NCBI GenBank assembly: GCA_020342155.1
Contig: CP070842.1
Coordinates: 876,034-940,033 of the forward strand
Direction of reading: 5' to 3'
Length of the DNA: 64,000 nt
Source of the DNA: Dehalococcoidales bacterium
Lineage (GTDB): Bacteria; Chloroflexota; Dehalococcoidia; Dehalococcoidales; Fen-1064
Shown: positions 55,010 to 64,000 of the stretch, piece by piece
Position numbering within the stretch: position 1 is the stretch's first letter
Layout of the letters: each line of letters opens with the position of its first letter
Translations under genes and position numbers: made by a program
Notes under the pieces: generated by a model
Database searches by the model: none
Told to the model about the DNA's origin: nothing
What the model saw: only the letters and a program-made list of their open reading frames with translations

Positions 55010-56250
55010 GTAGCCCTTTGCAGTTCTCTTCGCGCTTTCGCCTGCAGACTCTTGGTTATTACGATGGGTAGGACTACTGAAGCCACGAGCACCGTAACTA
55101 AAGCCCAGGTATCGAGAGCAACAAGGCCGCCGACGGTTACCCATAGTATTGTGGAGAGGCCCATGCCTATGCCCATAATGATCGTCTTTCCAAGGAGTTT
55201 ATGTGTGATACCTTTGAGTTTCACCAGTTTCGCGTTGTGCAGCGCAGCCAGGACATCACTTGCCAGTGTATTACTGATATTCAACTCAGAGCTGAGCATG
55301 TCAAGCGTTTCCACCTCGCCACTGGCAATCAGCCTGGCTCCCTCCGCGGCAAGGGTGCTTACCTTATCAGCGTATTCATCCCGCACCTGCCTGGTCGTTT
55401 TCTGGCAGGTATAGCAGTGGCCGTGTTTTATGGGAGTATCACATAGGGGGCACCTGTCTTTTATTATCCGGCTTTTCGCTGCTTTGACAATGTTTGACGA
55501 TACCCGCCCCCTGGTTGTCGGTTCAAGGCGACCTCTCACGAAGTCAAGGAGACCTGAAGTGGACTTCGCGACTACGCTTCCCGGTATTGTGGTACCGGCC
55601 GCCACACTTGGAAACACCAATGATTTCAAAAACACTGCTGTAGCTATGACCGTTCCACCGGCTACTGCCGCTGCGGCTTTTCCTGCTGTGGTGTTCAACG
55701 GATTGCCCGGTATCTTCATGTTCCGTGACATCAGCCAGACAGTGCTCGGCCCGCCGGTAGTGTACCTCAGTTCAATCGTCACCCCGAAAACACCCGTGAT
55801 ATCGCGCAGGGAGCCGAACTCCAGGCCTTCGCCCGAACTGAATACAATCGTGTTTCTGTAGTACCCGCCTATCCCGATGTGGGCGTTGTCCAGGTCCTCA
55901 CTCAGCGTCGTGATGGTATGCCAGGCAAATCTTGATACCACCGACACGCTTTCAAGTGTTATTTCTCTGCTAACATCTGTTATGTATATCTCAACAATCA
56001 AGTCCTCTGTCGGATTAAAAACAATGGTTTCCTGGTACTGGATATCCGTGCCATTCACTCTCAACTCAAGCGTGAAGTCATTATCCACCCTTGTCGCGGC
56101 ATGCGCCACTAGAGGTAAAACTATTAGTGCTGTCATGAATAGAATAACTGCCACTGCACGAAACGGCCAGTGCAGACCTTGTCTCAGGCAGGGAGAGACG
56201 GCTGCGGTCGATATGTGGCGGTTATGCTCTCTTCTATTATCTTCCGCCAT
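55006..56250 (-). CDS. Polytopic membrane protein with extracytoplasmic domain and cytoplasmic zinc ribbon, unknown function
   Basis: The ATG at 56250 lies 6 nt after AGAGGG and overlaps the last 14 nt of mutS. A signal/TM segment is AVILFMTALIVLPLVAHA. A beta-rich domain follows, then a TM, CPLCDTPIKHGHCYTCQ, and two C-terminal TMs. Confidence 0.55.
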   Translation of the reverse strand: MAEDNRREHNRHISTAAVSPCLRQGLHWPFRAVAVILFMTALIVLPLVAHAATRVDNDFTLELRVNGTDIQYQETIVFNPTEDLIVEIYITDVSREITLESVSVVSRFAWHTITTLSEDLDNAHIGIGGYYRNTIVFSSGEGLEFGSLRDITGVFGVTIELRYTTGGPSTVWLMSRNMKIPGNPLNTTAGKAAAAVAGGTVIATAVFLKSLVFPSVAAGTTIPGSVVAKSTSGLLDFVRGRLEPTTRGRVSSNIVKAAKSRIIKDRCPLCDTPIKHGHCYTCQKTTRQVRDEYADKVSTLAAEGARLIASGEVETLDMLSSELNISNTLASDVLAALHNAKLVKLKGITHKLLGKTIIMGIGMGLSTILWVTVGGLVALDTWALVTVLVASVVLPIVITKSLQAKARRELQRAT

Positions 56251-58831
56251 CCCTCGCCCTCTTCTGCAATTCATAAAGCCTGGTGAGGGCTTCCAGCGGT
56301 GTCATCGAGTCGATTTCGAGCTTTTCCAACTCTTCTTGGATGGCTGACTTCTGTCCGAACATGGGTAGCTGCTGGGCTACCTCTTTTTCAGGTCTGCGGC
56401 CTTTCAGCCTGGGGGTGGAGCGGCGGCTGTCGCCTTCCAGCTCATCGAGCACCTCTTGGGCGCGGTGTACTACCGACCGGGGCAGTCCGGCCAGCTTGGC
56501 GACGTGTATGCCGTAGCTTTTATCGACCCCGCCGGGGACAATCCTTCGCAGGAAGATGACCTCGCCCTTTTCCTCAGCGACGGCGACATTAAAGTTTTTC
56601 ACTCGGGGTAGAGAATTGGCCAGTTCCACCATCTCGTGGTAGTGGGTGGCAAAGAGGGTCTTGGCCCCGAGGCGGGGGTGGTTGTGGATAAACTCGGCGA
56701 CGGCGCGGGCGATGGAGAGGCCGTCGTAGGTGCTGGTGCCCCGCCCGATTTCGTCGAGGATGAGCAGGGAGCGGGGGGTGGCGTTGTTGAGGATGTTGGC
56801 TGTCTCCACCATCTCTATCATAAAGGTGGACTGGCCGGCGGCGAGGTCGTCTCGTGCCCCAATGCGTGTAAAGATTCGGTCGACCAGCCCGATGTCGGCC
56901 GAATCAGTCGGGGTGAAGCTGCCTATTTGCGCGAGCAGCACAATCAAAGCCACCTGTCTCAGGTAGGTGGACTTGCCTGCCATATTGGGGCCGGTGAGGA
57001 CAATAAGCTGGGCATCGTCATTAGACAGGTAGGTGTCGTTGGGCACGAAACTGCTCTCGGTAAGCATCCGCTCCACCACCGGATGCCGTCCCTGCGTGAT
57101 GGTGATGGTGTTGTTATCTGTCAGATTGGGTCGGGTATAGCCGTAACGAACGGCGACCTCGCTCAGGCTGGAGAAGACATCGACGTTGGCGATGGTGCGG
57201 GCTACAGCCAGGACTGACTCGCTAACGGTTGACACCTGGCGGCAGACCCGCTGGAAGATGTTTGTTTCGAGTTCGCCGATGCGGTCGCGGGCATTGAGAA
57301 TCATCGATTCATACTCTTTAAGCTCCGGTGTGAAGAAGCGCTCGCCATTGACCAGCGTCTGCTTGCGGATGTAGCTGTCCGGCACTTGGGGGAGGTTGGC
57401 CTTGGAGATCTCGATGTAGTAGCCGAAGACACGGTTGTAGCCTATTTTCAACGACTTGATGCCGGTGCTTTCCTGTTCGTGACGCTCCATGTTAGCCAGG
57501 TACTGCCGGGCGTCACCGGCGACCTGTCTTAGGTTGTCCAGTTCCTCGGAGAAGCCGGGCTTGATGACACTACCTTCGCCAAGGGCGCCTGAGGGTTCGT
57601 CAACGATGGCCTCACCAATCAGAGCAACGACGTCTTTTCTGGGTTTTAGCTCCTCTTTGAGCCAGTCTATCGGACCGGCATCACGGCCACTTTCGATGGC
57701 TGTCTTGAGCTCGGGAATCATTTCCAGACTGCGACGGAGGGCGATGAGTTCGTGGGGGTGAGCGACACCGCTGCCTACCCGGTTAATCAGCCGCTCGAGG
57801 TCGGATACTTTTCCCAGCAGGGAGATGACCTGGTTGCGTGGCAGGGCGTTGGCCTGGAACCACTCGATGGCGTCCTGCCTTTTGGTCAGTTCCTCAATAT
57901 CGAGCAATGGCTGTCCCAGCCACCGCTTCAGGAGCCGGCTGCCCATTGACGTTTTTGTCATATCAATCACGGAGAGTAACGAGCCGTCGGTGCTGCCAGT
58001 AGCACTGCGGAAAAGCTCCAGGTTCTTCTGTGTCTGGACATCGAGCGCCATAAAGGTATCGGTGGAGTAGGTGGAGAGCCGTGTTAGCTGTCCCAGGGTA
58101 TTTTTCTGTGTCTCCTGGAGGTAGCGAATAATTGCCCCAACGGCCCTGATTGCCAGTGGCAGGTTGGTCAGGCCGAAGCCGTCGAGGGTACTCGTGCCGA
58201 AGTGGTCGAGCAGCGTCTGCTGGGCGGTTTCCTGGCTGAACCAGTACTCATCGACTGGTGTTACAGGGGCGTCCATTATCAGTTGGGAGAGCTCGGTGGG
58301 GTCATTGGTAATCAGCTCCGAAGGGCGGAGCCGTTCCAGTTCGGCGATAGCCCGCTGGCGGGGTAGCTGGGTGGTGGCGAACTCGCTGGTGGTGATGTCT
58401 ACATAGGCGATGCCTGCTTCTTCATCACCAAGAACAAGGCTGGTCAGATAGTTGTTCATCTTGCTGTCAAGCAGACCGGGCTCGACGACTGTACCGGGAG
58501 TAACGACACGGACGACCTCGCGCTCGACAATACCTCCAGTCTCACCGGGACGGGTCATCTGTTCGCAGATAGCTACTTTATGGCCGTTGTTGATAAGCCG
58601 GGCGAGATAGTTATCGAGGGCGTGATAAGGGATACCGGCCATCGGCACCTTGTTCCCCTTGCCCATCTCACGCGAGGTCAGGACAATTTCTAGCTCGTTG
58701 GCCACGACCCGGGCGTCTTCATCAAAGGTCTCGTAGAAGTCCCCCAGACGAAAGAGGACAATGGCCTGGGGGTACTGACGCTTTATTCTGAGGTATTGCC
58801 GTCGAATCGGGGTGGGGCCTGCTTTATCCAT
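56237..58831 (-). CDS. mutS: DNA mismatch repair protein MutS
   Basis: TPIRRQYLRIKRQYPQAIVLFRLGDFYETF is the mismatch-binding domain. Walker A is GPNMAGKST, with LILDEIGRGTSTYDG and ATHYHE. A beta-clamp-like QLPMF lies near the C-terminus. Confidence 0.96.
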   Translation of the reverse strand: MDKAGPTPIRRQYLRIKRQYPQAIVLFRLGDFYETFDEDARVVANELEIVLTSREMGKGNKVPMAGIPYHALDNYLARLINNGHKVAICEQMTRPGETGGIVEREVVRVVTPGTVVEPGLLDSKMNNYLTSLVLGDEEAGIAYVDITTSEFATTQLPRQRAIAELERLRPSELITNDPTELSQLIMDAPVTPVDEYWFSQETAQQTLLDHFGTSTLDGFGLTNLPLAIRAVGAIIRYLQETQKNTLGQLTRLSTYSTDTFMALDVQTQKNLELFRSATGSTDGSLLSVIDMTKTSMGSRLLKRWLGQPLLDIEELTKRQDAIEWFQANALPRNQVISLLGKVSDLERLINRVGSGVAHPHELIALRRSLEMIPELKTAIESGRDAGPIDWLKEELKPRKDVVALIGEAIVDEPSGALGEGSVIKPGFSEELDNLRQVAGDARQYLANMERHEQESTGIKSLKIGYNRVFGYYIEISKANLPQVPDSYIRKQTLVNGERFFTPELKEYESMILNARDRIGELETNIFQRVCRQVSTVSESVLAVARTIANVDVFSSLSEVAVRYGYTRPNLTDNNTITITQGRHPVVERMLTESSFVPNDTYLSNDDAQLIVLTGPNMAGKSTYLRQVALIVLLAQIGSFTPTDSADIGLVDRIFTRIGARDDLAAGQSTFMIEMVETANILNNATPRSLLILDEIGRGTSTYDGLSIARAVAEFIHNHPRLGAKTLFATHYHEMVELANSLPRVKNFNVAVAEEKGEVIFLRRIVPGGVDKSYGIHVAKLAGLPRSVVHRAQEVLDELEGDSRRSTPRLKGRRPEKEVAQQLPMFGQKSAIQEELEKLEIDSMTPLEALTRLYELQKRARDGGR

Positions 58832-58935
58832 GCGCCTATTCTACCCGAACAGGTAGCAATATGGAAGGGTGTTGTGGGTGTGGTCGTTTTTCAGAGTATA
58901 ATGGGATACAATCGACTCCGAATGGGAGGTAGTAA

Positions 58936-59502
58936 ATGGGTTCTCTCGGCAGGAAAGCAGAGAAACAAAACGCGGAGAGGATGTCGGATATTTCCTTTAA
59001 GATGATGACCTTTCTCTTCAGGGTTATTGACTTTATTTATCCGCATATAAAGAAGCGTGTCAAAGGGTTTGGTGTCCAAGAGGGGATGACTGTGGTTGAC
59101 TACGGTTGTGGTCCGGGCAGGTATGCGACTGTGTTCGCTGATTTCGTAGGTGAAGAAGGGAAGGTCTACGCAATCGATATCCATGAACTGGCGATAGAGG
59201 CAGTGAAGAAAAGGATTGAAAAACACAATCTGCGAAACATCGAGCCAGTGCTAGCAGAGGGGTACAATAGTGGCTTGCCTGATAATATCGCCGATATGGT
59301 TTGCGCCATTGACATGTTTTTCGGTATCAGGAACCCGACCGAATTCCTGAAAGAACTGAAGAGAATAACTAAAAGTGGCGGTGTACTGGTAATCGACCAA
59401 GGTCACCAGCCTCGCAGTGTCGCCAAAGAGAAGATAGTGGGTTCGGGGTGCTGGGATATATTTGAAGAGAGTAAGGACCACATGAAATGCAGGCCACGTT
59501 AG
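58936..59502 (+). CDS. Class I SAM-dependent methyltransferase
   Basis: Motif I is VVDYGCGPGRYA, with a later GGVLVI. Confidence 0.75.
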   Translation: MGSLGRKAEKQNAERMSDISFKMMTFLFRVIDFIYPHIKKRVKGFGVQEGMTVVDYGCGPGRYATVFADFVGEEGKVYAIDIHELAIEAVKKRIEKHNLRNIEPVLAEGYNSGLPDNIADMVCAIDMFFGIRNPTEFLKELKRITKSGGVLVIDQGHQPRSVAKEKIVGSGCWDIFEESKDHMKCRPR

Positions 59503-59596
59503 TCCGCTCAGGTGTGAGTGGAATACTGCTCTTTGTTCGTGCAAGGCTGGCGATGCTATAATGGCATTTAGTCAGTGAGCGAGGAGGATGCTAAAA

Positions 59597-60211
59597 GTGA
59601 AGATTTTGGGCATTTCATGCAGTCCGAGAAAAGGGGGCAACACCGAGACGCTGATGGTCGAGGCGCTCGAGGGGGCCCGCAGCGACGGCGCCGAGGTGGA
59701 ACTTCTCAGTGTCGCCGGTAAGGATATCAGGGGCTGTGACGGCTGCCAGGCATGTTTGAAAACAGGTGAGTGCCACATTGATGATGATGTACAGGAGATA
59801 CTAAAGGCCATGCTGGGGGCTAACGGTATTATATTTGGCACGCCGATATACTTCTACGGGATGACAGCACAGGCTAAGGCCATTATGGACCGGACCTATG
59901 CGATCGGCATGCGCGGAGCACAACTGAGCAATAAGGTAGGCGGGATTATTGCCGTGGCCGGTGGCGTCGGGCTGATGGATGCCATTAAAGACTGGTACTT
60001 CTACATTGCCATCAATCACATGGCGCCGGCCAGCTACATTGGTGCCTATGCCGGTGAACGGGGTGCCATCAAAGAAAAAAAGCGGGAGATGAAGATGGCC
60101 TGGGAGCTGGGTCGGCAGATGGTGCAGCTGGTCGACTCCGGCTGGCGATTTCCTGAGGAGTTTACCAAACGAGGGCTTGGCGCCTACGTGGCCAAGAAGT
60201 ACGGGTTGTAG
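59597..60211 (+). CDS. Iron-sulfur flavoprotein-like NADPH-dependent FMN reductase
   Basis: KILGISCSPRKGGNT, CDGCQACLKTGEC, GTPIYFYGMTAQAKAIMDR. The GTG at 59597 is better spaced from GAGGAGG than the ATG at 59588. Confidence 0.8.
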   Translation: MKILGISCSPRKGGNTETLMVEALEGARSDGAEVELLSVAGKDIRGCDGCQACLKTGECHIDDDVQEILKAMLGANGIIFGTPIYFYGMTAQAKAIMDRTYAIGMRGAQLSNKVGGIIAVAGGVGLMDAIKDWYFYIAINHMAPASYIGAYAGERGAIKEKKREMKMAWELGRQMVQLVDSGWRFPEEFTKRGLGAYVAKKYGL

Positions 60212-60262
60212 GGAATAAGACCGAGAGAGAGCGTAACTCCCTCTCTAAATTCAAACTAATTC

Positions 60263-61684
60263 TTACTCCAGATAATCCTTGAGCTTGCGGCTGCGGGAGG
60301 GGTGGCGGAGCTTGCGCAGGGCTTTCGCCTCAATCTGGCGGATACGCTCACGGGTTACCTTGAATTCCTGGCCGACCTCCTCGAGTGTCCGGCTGCGGCC
60401 ATCTTCAAGGCCGAACCTGAGCTGGAGGACACGTTGCTCACGGTGGGTTAGACTACCCAGGACCTCGTCAATCTGCTCTTTTAGTAGCTGTTTGGAGGCG
60501 GCATCAACGGGGGGTAGGGCGTTACGGTCCTCGATGAAGTCGCCCAGGTGGCTGTCTTCTTCTTCACCCATCGGTAGCTCCAGCGATATCGGTAACTGGG
60601 CTACCTTGACAATCTCCCTCACCTTCTCGGGTGACATTCCCATCTTGAGGCCAATCTCTCTTGAGGTAGGCTCGCGACCGTATTCCTGGGCAAGTCGGCG
60701 GCTGAGCCGGAGTAGTTTATTGATTGTCTCGATCATGTGGACGGGCACACGGATAGTGCGGGCCTGGTCGGCAATGGCACGCGTAATCGCCTGGCGAATC
60801 CACCAAGTGGCGTAGGTGCTGAACTTGTAACCTTTGTGGGGGTCGAACTTTTCCACGGCCCGTATAAGCCCGATATTGCCCTCCTGAATAAGGTCGAGAA
60901 GAGACATACCGTGCCCGATGTGCTTCTTGGCGACACTGACCACCAGGCGTAGATTGGCCTCGGTAAGGTGGTTCTTGGCCTTCTCCGCCTCTTCGTCGAT
61001 GGTAATCAGCTTGTCATTAATTAGCTGCTCGTGTTCAGCGATTTTCTCAATGAATGAGGGGTCATTTGTAAGCTCGTCTATATCAGCCAGGGAGACCTTC
61101 GCATCGATTGCTTCCAGTACCTCATCTGGAAGCAGGGCACAGTCTATTGAAAGGTTGATAACCGCCTGCTCCGTTTCCGGTAGTGACTTGTCCAAACGCA
61201 GGGCGATTGTCTGGACCAGTTGCTGGTCGATTACACCGTCGATGTTGCTGCGGAGCATGGCGGCGGAAGCACTCTCGGTGAAGCTGTCGGTGACGGTCAG
61301 GCCGAGTTCTTCCTGGAGGAGGTGTATCAGATTGGCCGCCTTTCCTATTTCCCTGGCCATAGTAAGCACTATCTCGGTTGCTGATGACGGTCTGCCGGAC
61401 TCATGTAAATACTGCTTGATATCATCAATCCGCTTGCCCTCTTCAATCTTCCGGGCCAGATATTTCTCGTCGTCGCCGGTGAGAAGGTGTACCTTGCCGA
61501 TTTCATGGAGGTAAAGGCGCACCGGGTCGTCACCGACCTCCTGGTCTTCCAATTCCTCCAACTGAGCTTCCGGTTCCAGGTCAACCGCTGATTGGGGCTT
61601 AACGGCCACTTCATCAGCAAGCTCTTCATCGTCCTTATCGTTCTCAGTGAACTGTGGCGGTTTCGAATAGCCTTCTATGTCCAT
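60263..61684 (-). CDS. rpoD: Primary RNA polymerase sigma factor (sigma-70 / SigA)
   Basis: Region 2 is [35 protein letters not shown]. Region 4 is [30 protein letters not shown]. It has an acidic N-terminal region and lies downstream of dnaG. Confidence 0.95.
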   Translation of the reverse strand: MDIEGYSKPPQFTENDKDDEELADEVAVKPQSAVDLEPEAQLEELEDQEVGDDPVRLYLHEIGKVHLLTGDDEKYLARKIEEGKRIDDIKQYLHESGRPSSATEIVLTMAREIGKAANLIHLLQEELGLTVTDSFTESASAAMLRSNIDGVIDQQLVQTIALRLDKSLPETEQAVINLSIDCALLPDEVLEAIDAKVSLADIDELTNDPSFIEKIAEHEQLINDKLITIDEEAEKAKNHLTEANLRLVVSVAKKHIGHGMSLLDLIQEGNIGLIRAVEKFDPHKGYKFSTYATWWIRQAITRAIADQARTIRVPVHMIETINKLLRLSRRLAQEYGREPTSREIGLKMGMSPEKVREIVKVAQLPISLELPMGEEEDSHLGDFIEDRNALPPVDAASKQLLKEQIDEVLGSLTHREQRVLQLRFGLEDGRSRTLEEVGQEFKVTRERIRQIEAKALRKLRHPSRSRKLKDYLE

Positions 61685-63549
61685 CCCTTCCTGCTCCTGT
61701 GGTCTCTACCCTTTTCCTTGAATATTTCCAGCAATCGGTTGTTGCCCTCGATATCTTCCTCGTCCAGTTTGGCACCAATCCCTTCTTCCTCAGCTGCAGC
61801 CGCAAGTACGGCGGCCCTCTCCTCTTTCTGGCCTCGCAGGTATTGCTCTCGAAGGCGGAGGACAACATTAGCTAATTTATCGTCGACTTTGTTGTCGATG
61901 ACATCCAGAGAAATAAGCGAATCCAGTTGCTCCCAGAGGGTGGGGTCGAGATTGTCCTTGAGTAATGACAGGTCCTTGACCTGTTGCCATGTAATAAATA
62001 TCTCGCGATTCTGGCTATCCTGAAAATACTCTGGCAGGAGACCCTCACTCATATTAATCAGTTCTGGGTAATGCAGTAATAGCCTTAGACAGTATTCTTC
62101 AAGGGGGTTAGATATAAGTAATTGCGTGGCCTGCGTAGTCGTTGGTTCTCTTTTCGGCTTACTCTGCCTTGAAGGTGCCATGTATTCCTTGACTATACCT
62201 TCTATTATATTATACCTCGTTTTAGTCAGGATTTCCAGTCTCCTGATGTAATGGTCGCGGCGAACAGCATCTTTCATACGGGCAATAATGGCTGCAAGCT
62301 CATGTACGGCCCGTGACTGGTCCCCGGCGGTGGTCATGTCTAGCCTGGCAGTCTTGGTACTGAAGGTAAAGTCGACCACCGGTACGGCGTCACTGAGCAG
62401 CCCCTGCCACTTCTGGGGGTCTTCCCTGATGACATCGTCCGGGTCGTTCCCGTCAGGGAGGAGAATGACCCGTATTTCGGCATCGAGAATGTTCTCATAG
62501 TCGACACAGCGGAGCATGGCTTCCTCACCGGCAGTGTCCGCATCGAGGGCGAGAATGACATTACGTGTTAATCTGCGTATTGTGTTGATTTGCCTTGTAC
62601 TAATGTTCTTGGTACGTTCTGATTCAATATCACCAGTTTCTATGCCAGCGGGTTTTCTGGGCTCATTGAACGTGCGCCAAGAATCTTTTGGTTGTTCTTC
62701 AGTAATAGAAGTCCCCATGGAAGCAACCACGTTGGTGAAACCGTTCTGGTGGGCCGTAATCACGTCCATGTAGCCTTCTACAATTATAACCCGGTCCTGT
62801 TTCCGAATGGCGGTGGCGGCCAGGTCAATGGCGTAGAGGGTACCGCTCTTGTCAAAGACAAGCGTCTGAGGTGAATTGGTGTACTTGGGCAGGGAGTCAT
62901 CCAGTGCCCTTGCCCCGAAACCAGTGGTGTGCCCTCGAGCATCGTGGATGGGGAACATGAGACGGCCACGAAAGCGGTCGCGGGTCCTGCCGTCATCGGC
63001 TTCTACAAGCAGACCGGCATCAAGGACTTCCTTCTCGGAGAATCCCCTTTCCTGGAGGTGACCTTTAAGGGCTTCGTAGCTATCGGGGCTGAATCCCAGC
63101 TGGAAGGCGGATACCGTATCTGTGGTGAAAGCCCGACCGCTTAAATAGTCCTGTGCTTTAGCGGCGGTTGTGGAATGGAGGAGCTGGTCTTGGAAGAACT
63201 TAGCGGTGGCTTCATTGACCTGATAAAGTCGCTCTCTTTCGTCTTTTCTGGTGTCACGCTCAATCCGGGAAGGGACAGTAACCCCTGCCTGCTGGGCGAG
63301 AAGACGCAGCGCCTCGCCGAAGTCCATTCCTTGCTGCTTCATGACAAACGAGAAGACATCGCCACCGGTGCCGCAGGCACCGAAACAGTGCCAGCTCTGC
63401 CGTTCCGGGAAGACAAAGAAAGAGGGGGTCCTTTCTTCGTGGAAGGGACAGCGGGCCTTGAAGTTGCGCCCTGCCTTGGTCAGCGTGACGTACTGGCTGA
63501 CGACCTCGACAATGTCCAGTTTCTGCTTAACTTCGTCGATAACGCTCAT
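61675..63549 (-). CDS. dnaG: DNA primase DnaG
   Basis: Zinc finger [46 protein letters not shown] and [10 protein letters not shown]. There is a 10-nt overlap with rpoD. Confidence 0.95.
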   Translation of the reverse strand: MSVIDEVKQKLDIVEVVSQYVTLTKAGRNFKARCPFHEERTPSFFVFPERQSWHCFGACGTGGDVFSFVMKQQGMDFGEALRLLAQQAGVTVPSRIERDTRKDERERLYQVNEATAKFFQDQLLHSTTAAKAQDYLSGRAFTTDTVSAFQLGFSPDSYEALKGHLQERGFSEKEVLDAGLLVEADDGRTRDRFRGRLMFPIHDARGHTTGFGARALDDSLPKYTNSPQTLVFDKSGTLYAIDLAATAIRKQDRVIIVEGYMDVITAHQNGFTNVVASMGTSITEEQPKDSWRTFNEPRKPAGIETGDIESERTKNISTRQINTIRRLTRNVILALDADTAGEEAMLRCVDYENILDAEIRVILLPDGNDPDDVIREDPQKWQGLLSDAVPVVDFTFSTKTARLDMTTAGDQSRAVHELAAIIARMKDAVRRDHYIRRLEILTKTRYNIIEGIVKEYMAPSRQSKPKREPTTTQATQLLISNPLEEYCLRLLLHYPELINMSEGLLPEYFQDSQNREIFITWQQVKDLSLLKDNLDPTLWEQLDSLISLDVIDNKVDDKLANVVLRLREQYLRGQKEERAAVLAAAAEEEGIGAKLDEEDIEGNNRLLEIFKEKGRDHRSRKGWT

Positions 63550-63615
63550 CTGCTGTCCAGCTGGCCTGCTAGATACTATACCGGGGGATATAGCATAGTA
63601 TAATAAATCTCGGGG

Positions 63616-64000
63616 TCAGTCAATTAATAGGGGTGGCTGTTTTATTCTGTTGTCGAGCAAGGACATCTCCTCGGCGGTTCTCAAGGCATAGCGGTCGGTC
63701 ATACCGGCTATGTGGTCAACTACCCTTCGTTCCCGGTCATCGTCGCCAAGGCGGTACTCTGGTGGCAGCTTGTTCTCGTTGGTAGTGAAATACTTATATA
63801 GCAGGCGGATGATTTCTCTGGCCTGCTCTGATTCATGTTGGGATGAGCGGACATCGTATACCCGGTTAAAAAGAAATTCCCGAAAGATGTTGGTTGCTTC
63901 GAGGACTTCGGGAGACATGGTGATATGGACTCCGGACGCTGTGTCCGGCGTTTCCGAGCCGCTGGCTGCCCACGATTGTCCTATAATATCGTTAACCATA
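63616..64000 (-). CDS. dgt: dGTP triphosphohydrolase-like protein, C-terminal part (5' end outside the window)
   Basis: FREFLFNRVY...RRVVDHIAGMTDRYAL is the dGTPase-family C-terminus. The ATG at 63999 is probably internal. Confidence 0.7.
   Translation of the reverse strand, partial: MVNDIIGQSWAASGSETPDTASGVHITMSPEVLEATNIFREFLFNRVYDVRSSQHESEQAREIIRLLYKYFTTNENKLPPEYRLGDDDRERRVVDHIAGMTDRYALRTAEEMSLLDNRIKQPPLLID

Noticed and set aside
63997-63999. ATG at 63999 as the true start of the dGTPase-like gene
   Set aside because: A 127-aa product would contain only the C-terminal helices of a ~350-450-aa family. The frame is open to the window edge, so the gene is 5'-truncated by the window.

Overview
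This 64 kb window is a bacterial chromosomal segment. Bacterial markers include rpoD, bacterial-type dnaG, recG, mutS, groES-groEL behind a CIRCE operator, the L21/L27/L31/L28 genes and three tRNAs. Gene content and repeat style remind me of Chloroflexota/Dehalococcoidia-type genomes, but I cannot verify that here. Most of it is housekeeping: argJ-argB-argD-argG-argH-rpe, hisA/hisI, trpS, argS, coaE, the yloV-degV-recG block, two paralogous acyl-CoA carboxyltransferases, and assorted methyltransferases, GNATs and flavoproteins. I found no CRISPR array, rRNA, integrase or transposase.

Main observations:
1. A CetZ-like tubulin/FtsZ-superfamily GTPase (11863-13038) has a near-consensus promoter of its own. 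It lies in an AT-rich, gene-poor patch beside a small tail-anchored membrane protein. Two coiled-coil proteins converge on it, one built from about 16 phased 25-aa (75-bp) repeats. This is a candidate undescribed bacterial cytoskeletal module.
2. Two tandem HdrA-like genes sit at the left edge. One (1-1907, minus strand) is missing from the supplied ORF track because it runs off the window, and it has lost the conserved DCxxC cysteines. The other is a chimera with a complete GltD/NfnB-like NAD(P)H module spliced into its ferredoxin insert.
3. A diverged duplicate of the last 20 codons of mutS lies 1.3 kb downstream of the real mutS end. The two copies bracket a single unknown membrane/zinc-ribbon gene.
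4. rplU (ATT) and hisI (ATC or ATA) appear to use non-canonical start codons.
5. A dispersed family of GC-rich tri-loop hairpin (REP-like) elements is present, with one dense cluster.
6. A tRNA-Arg carries a GCG anticodon.

All functional calls rest on motif recognition by eye. No database search was run.
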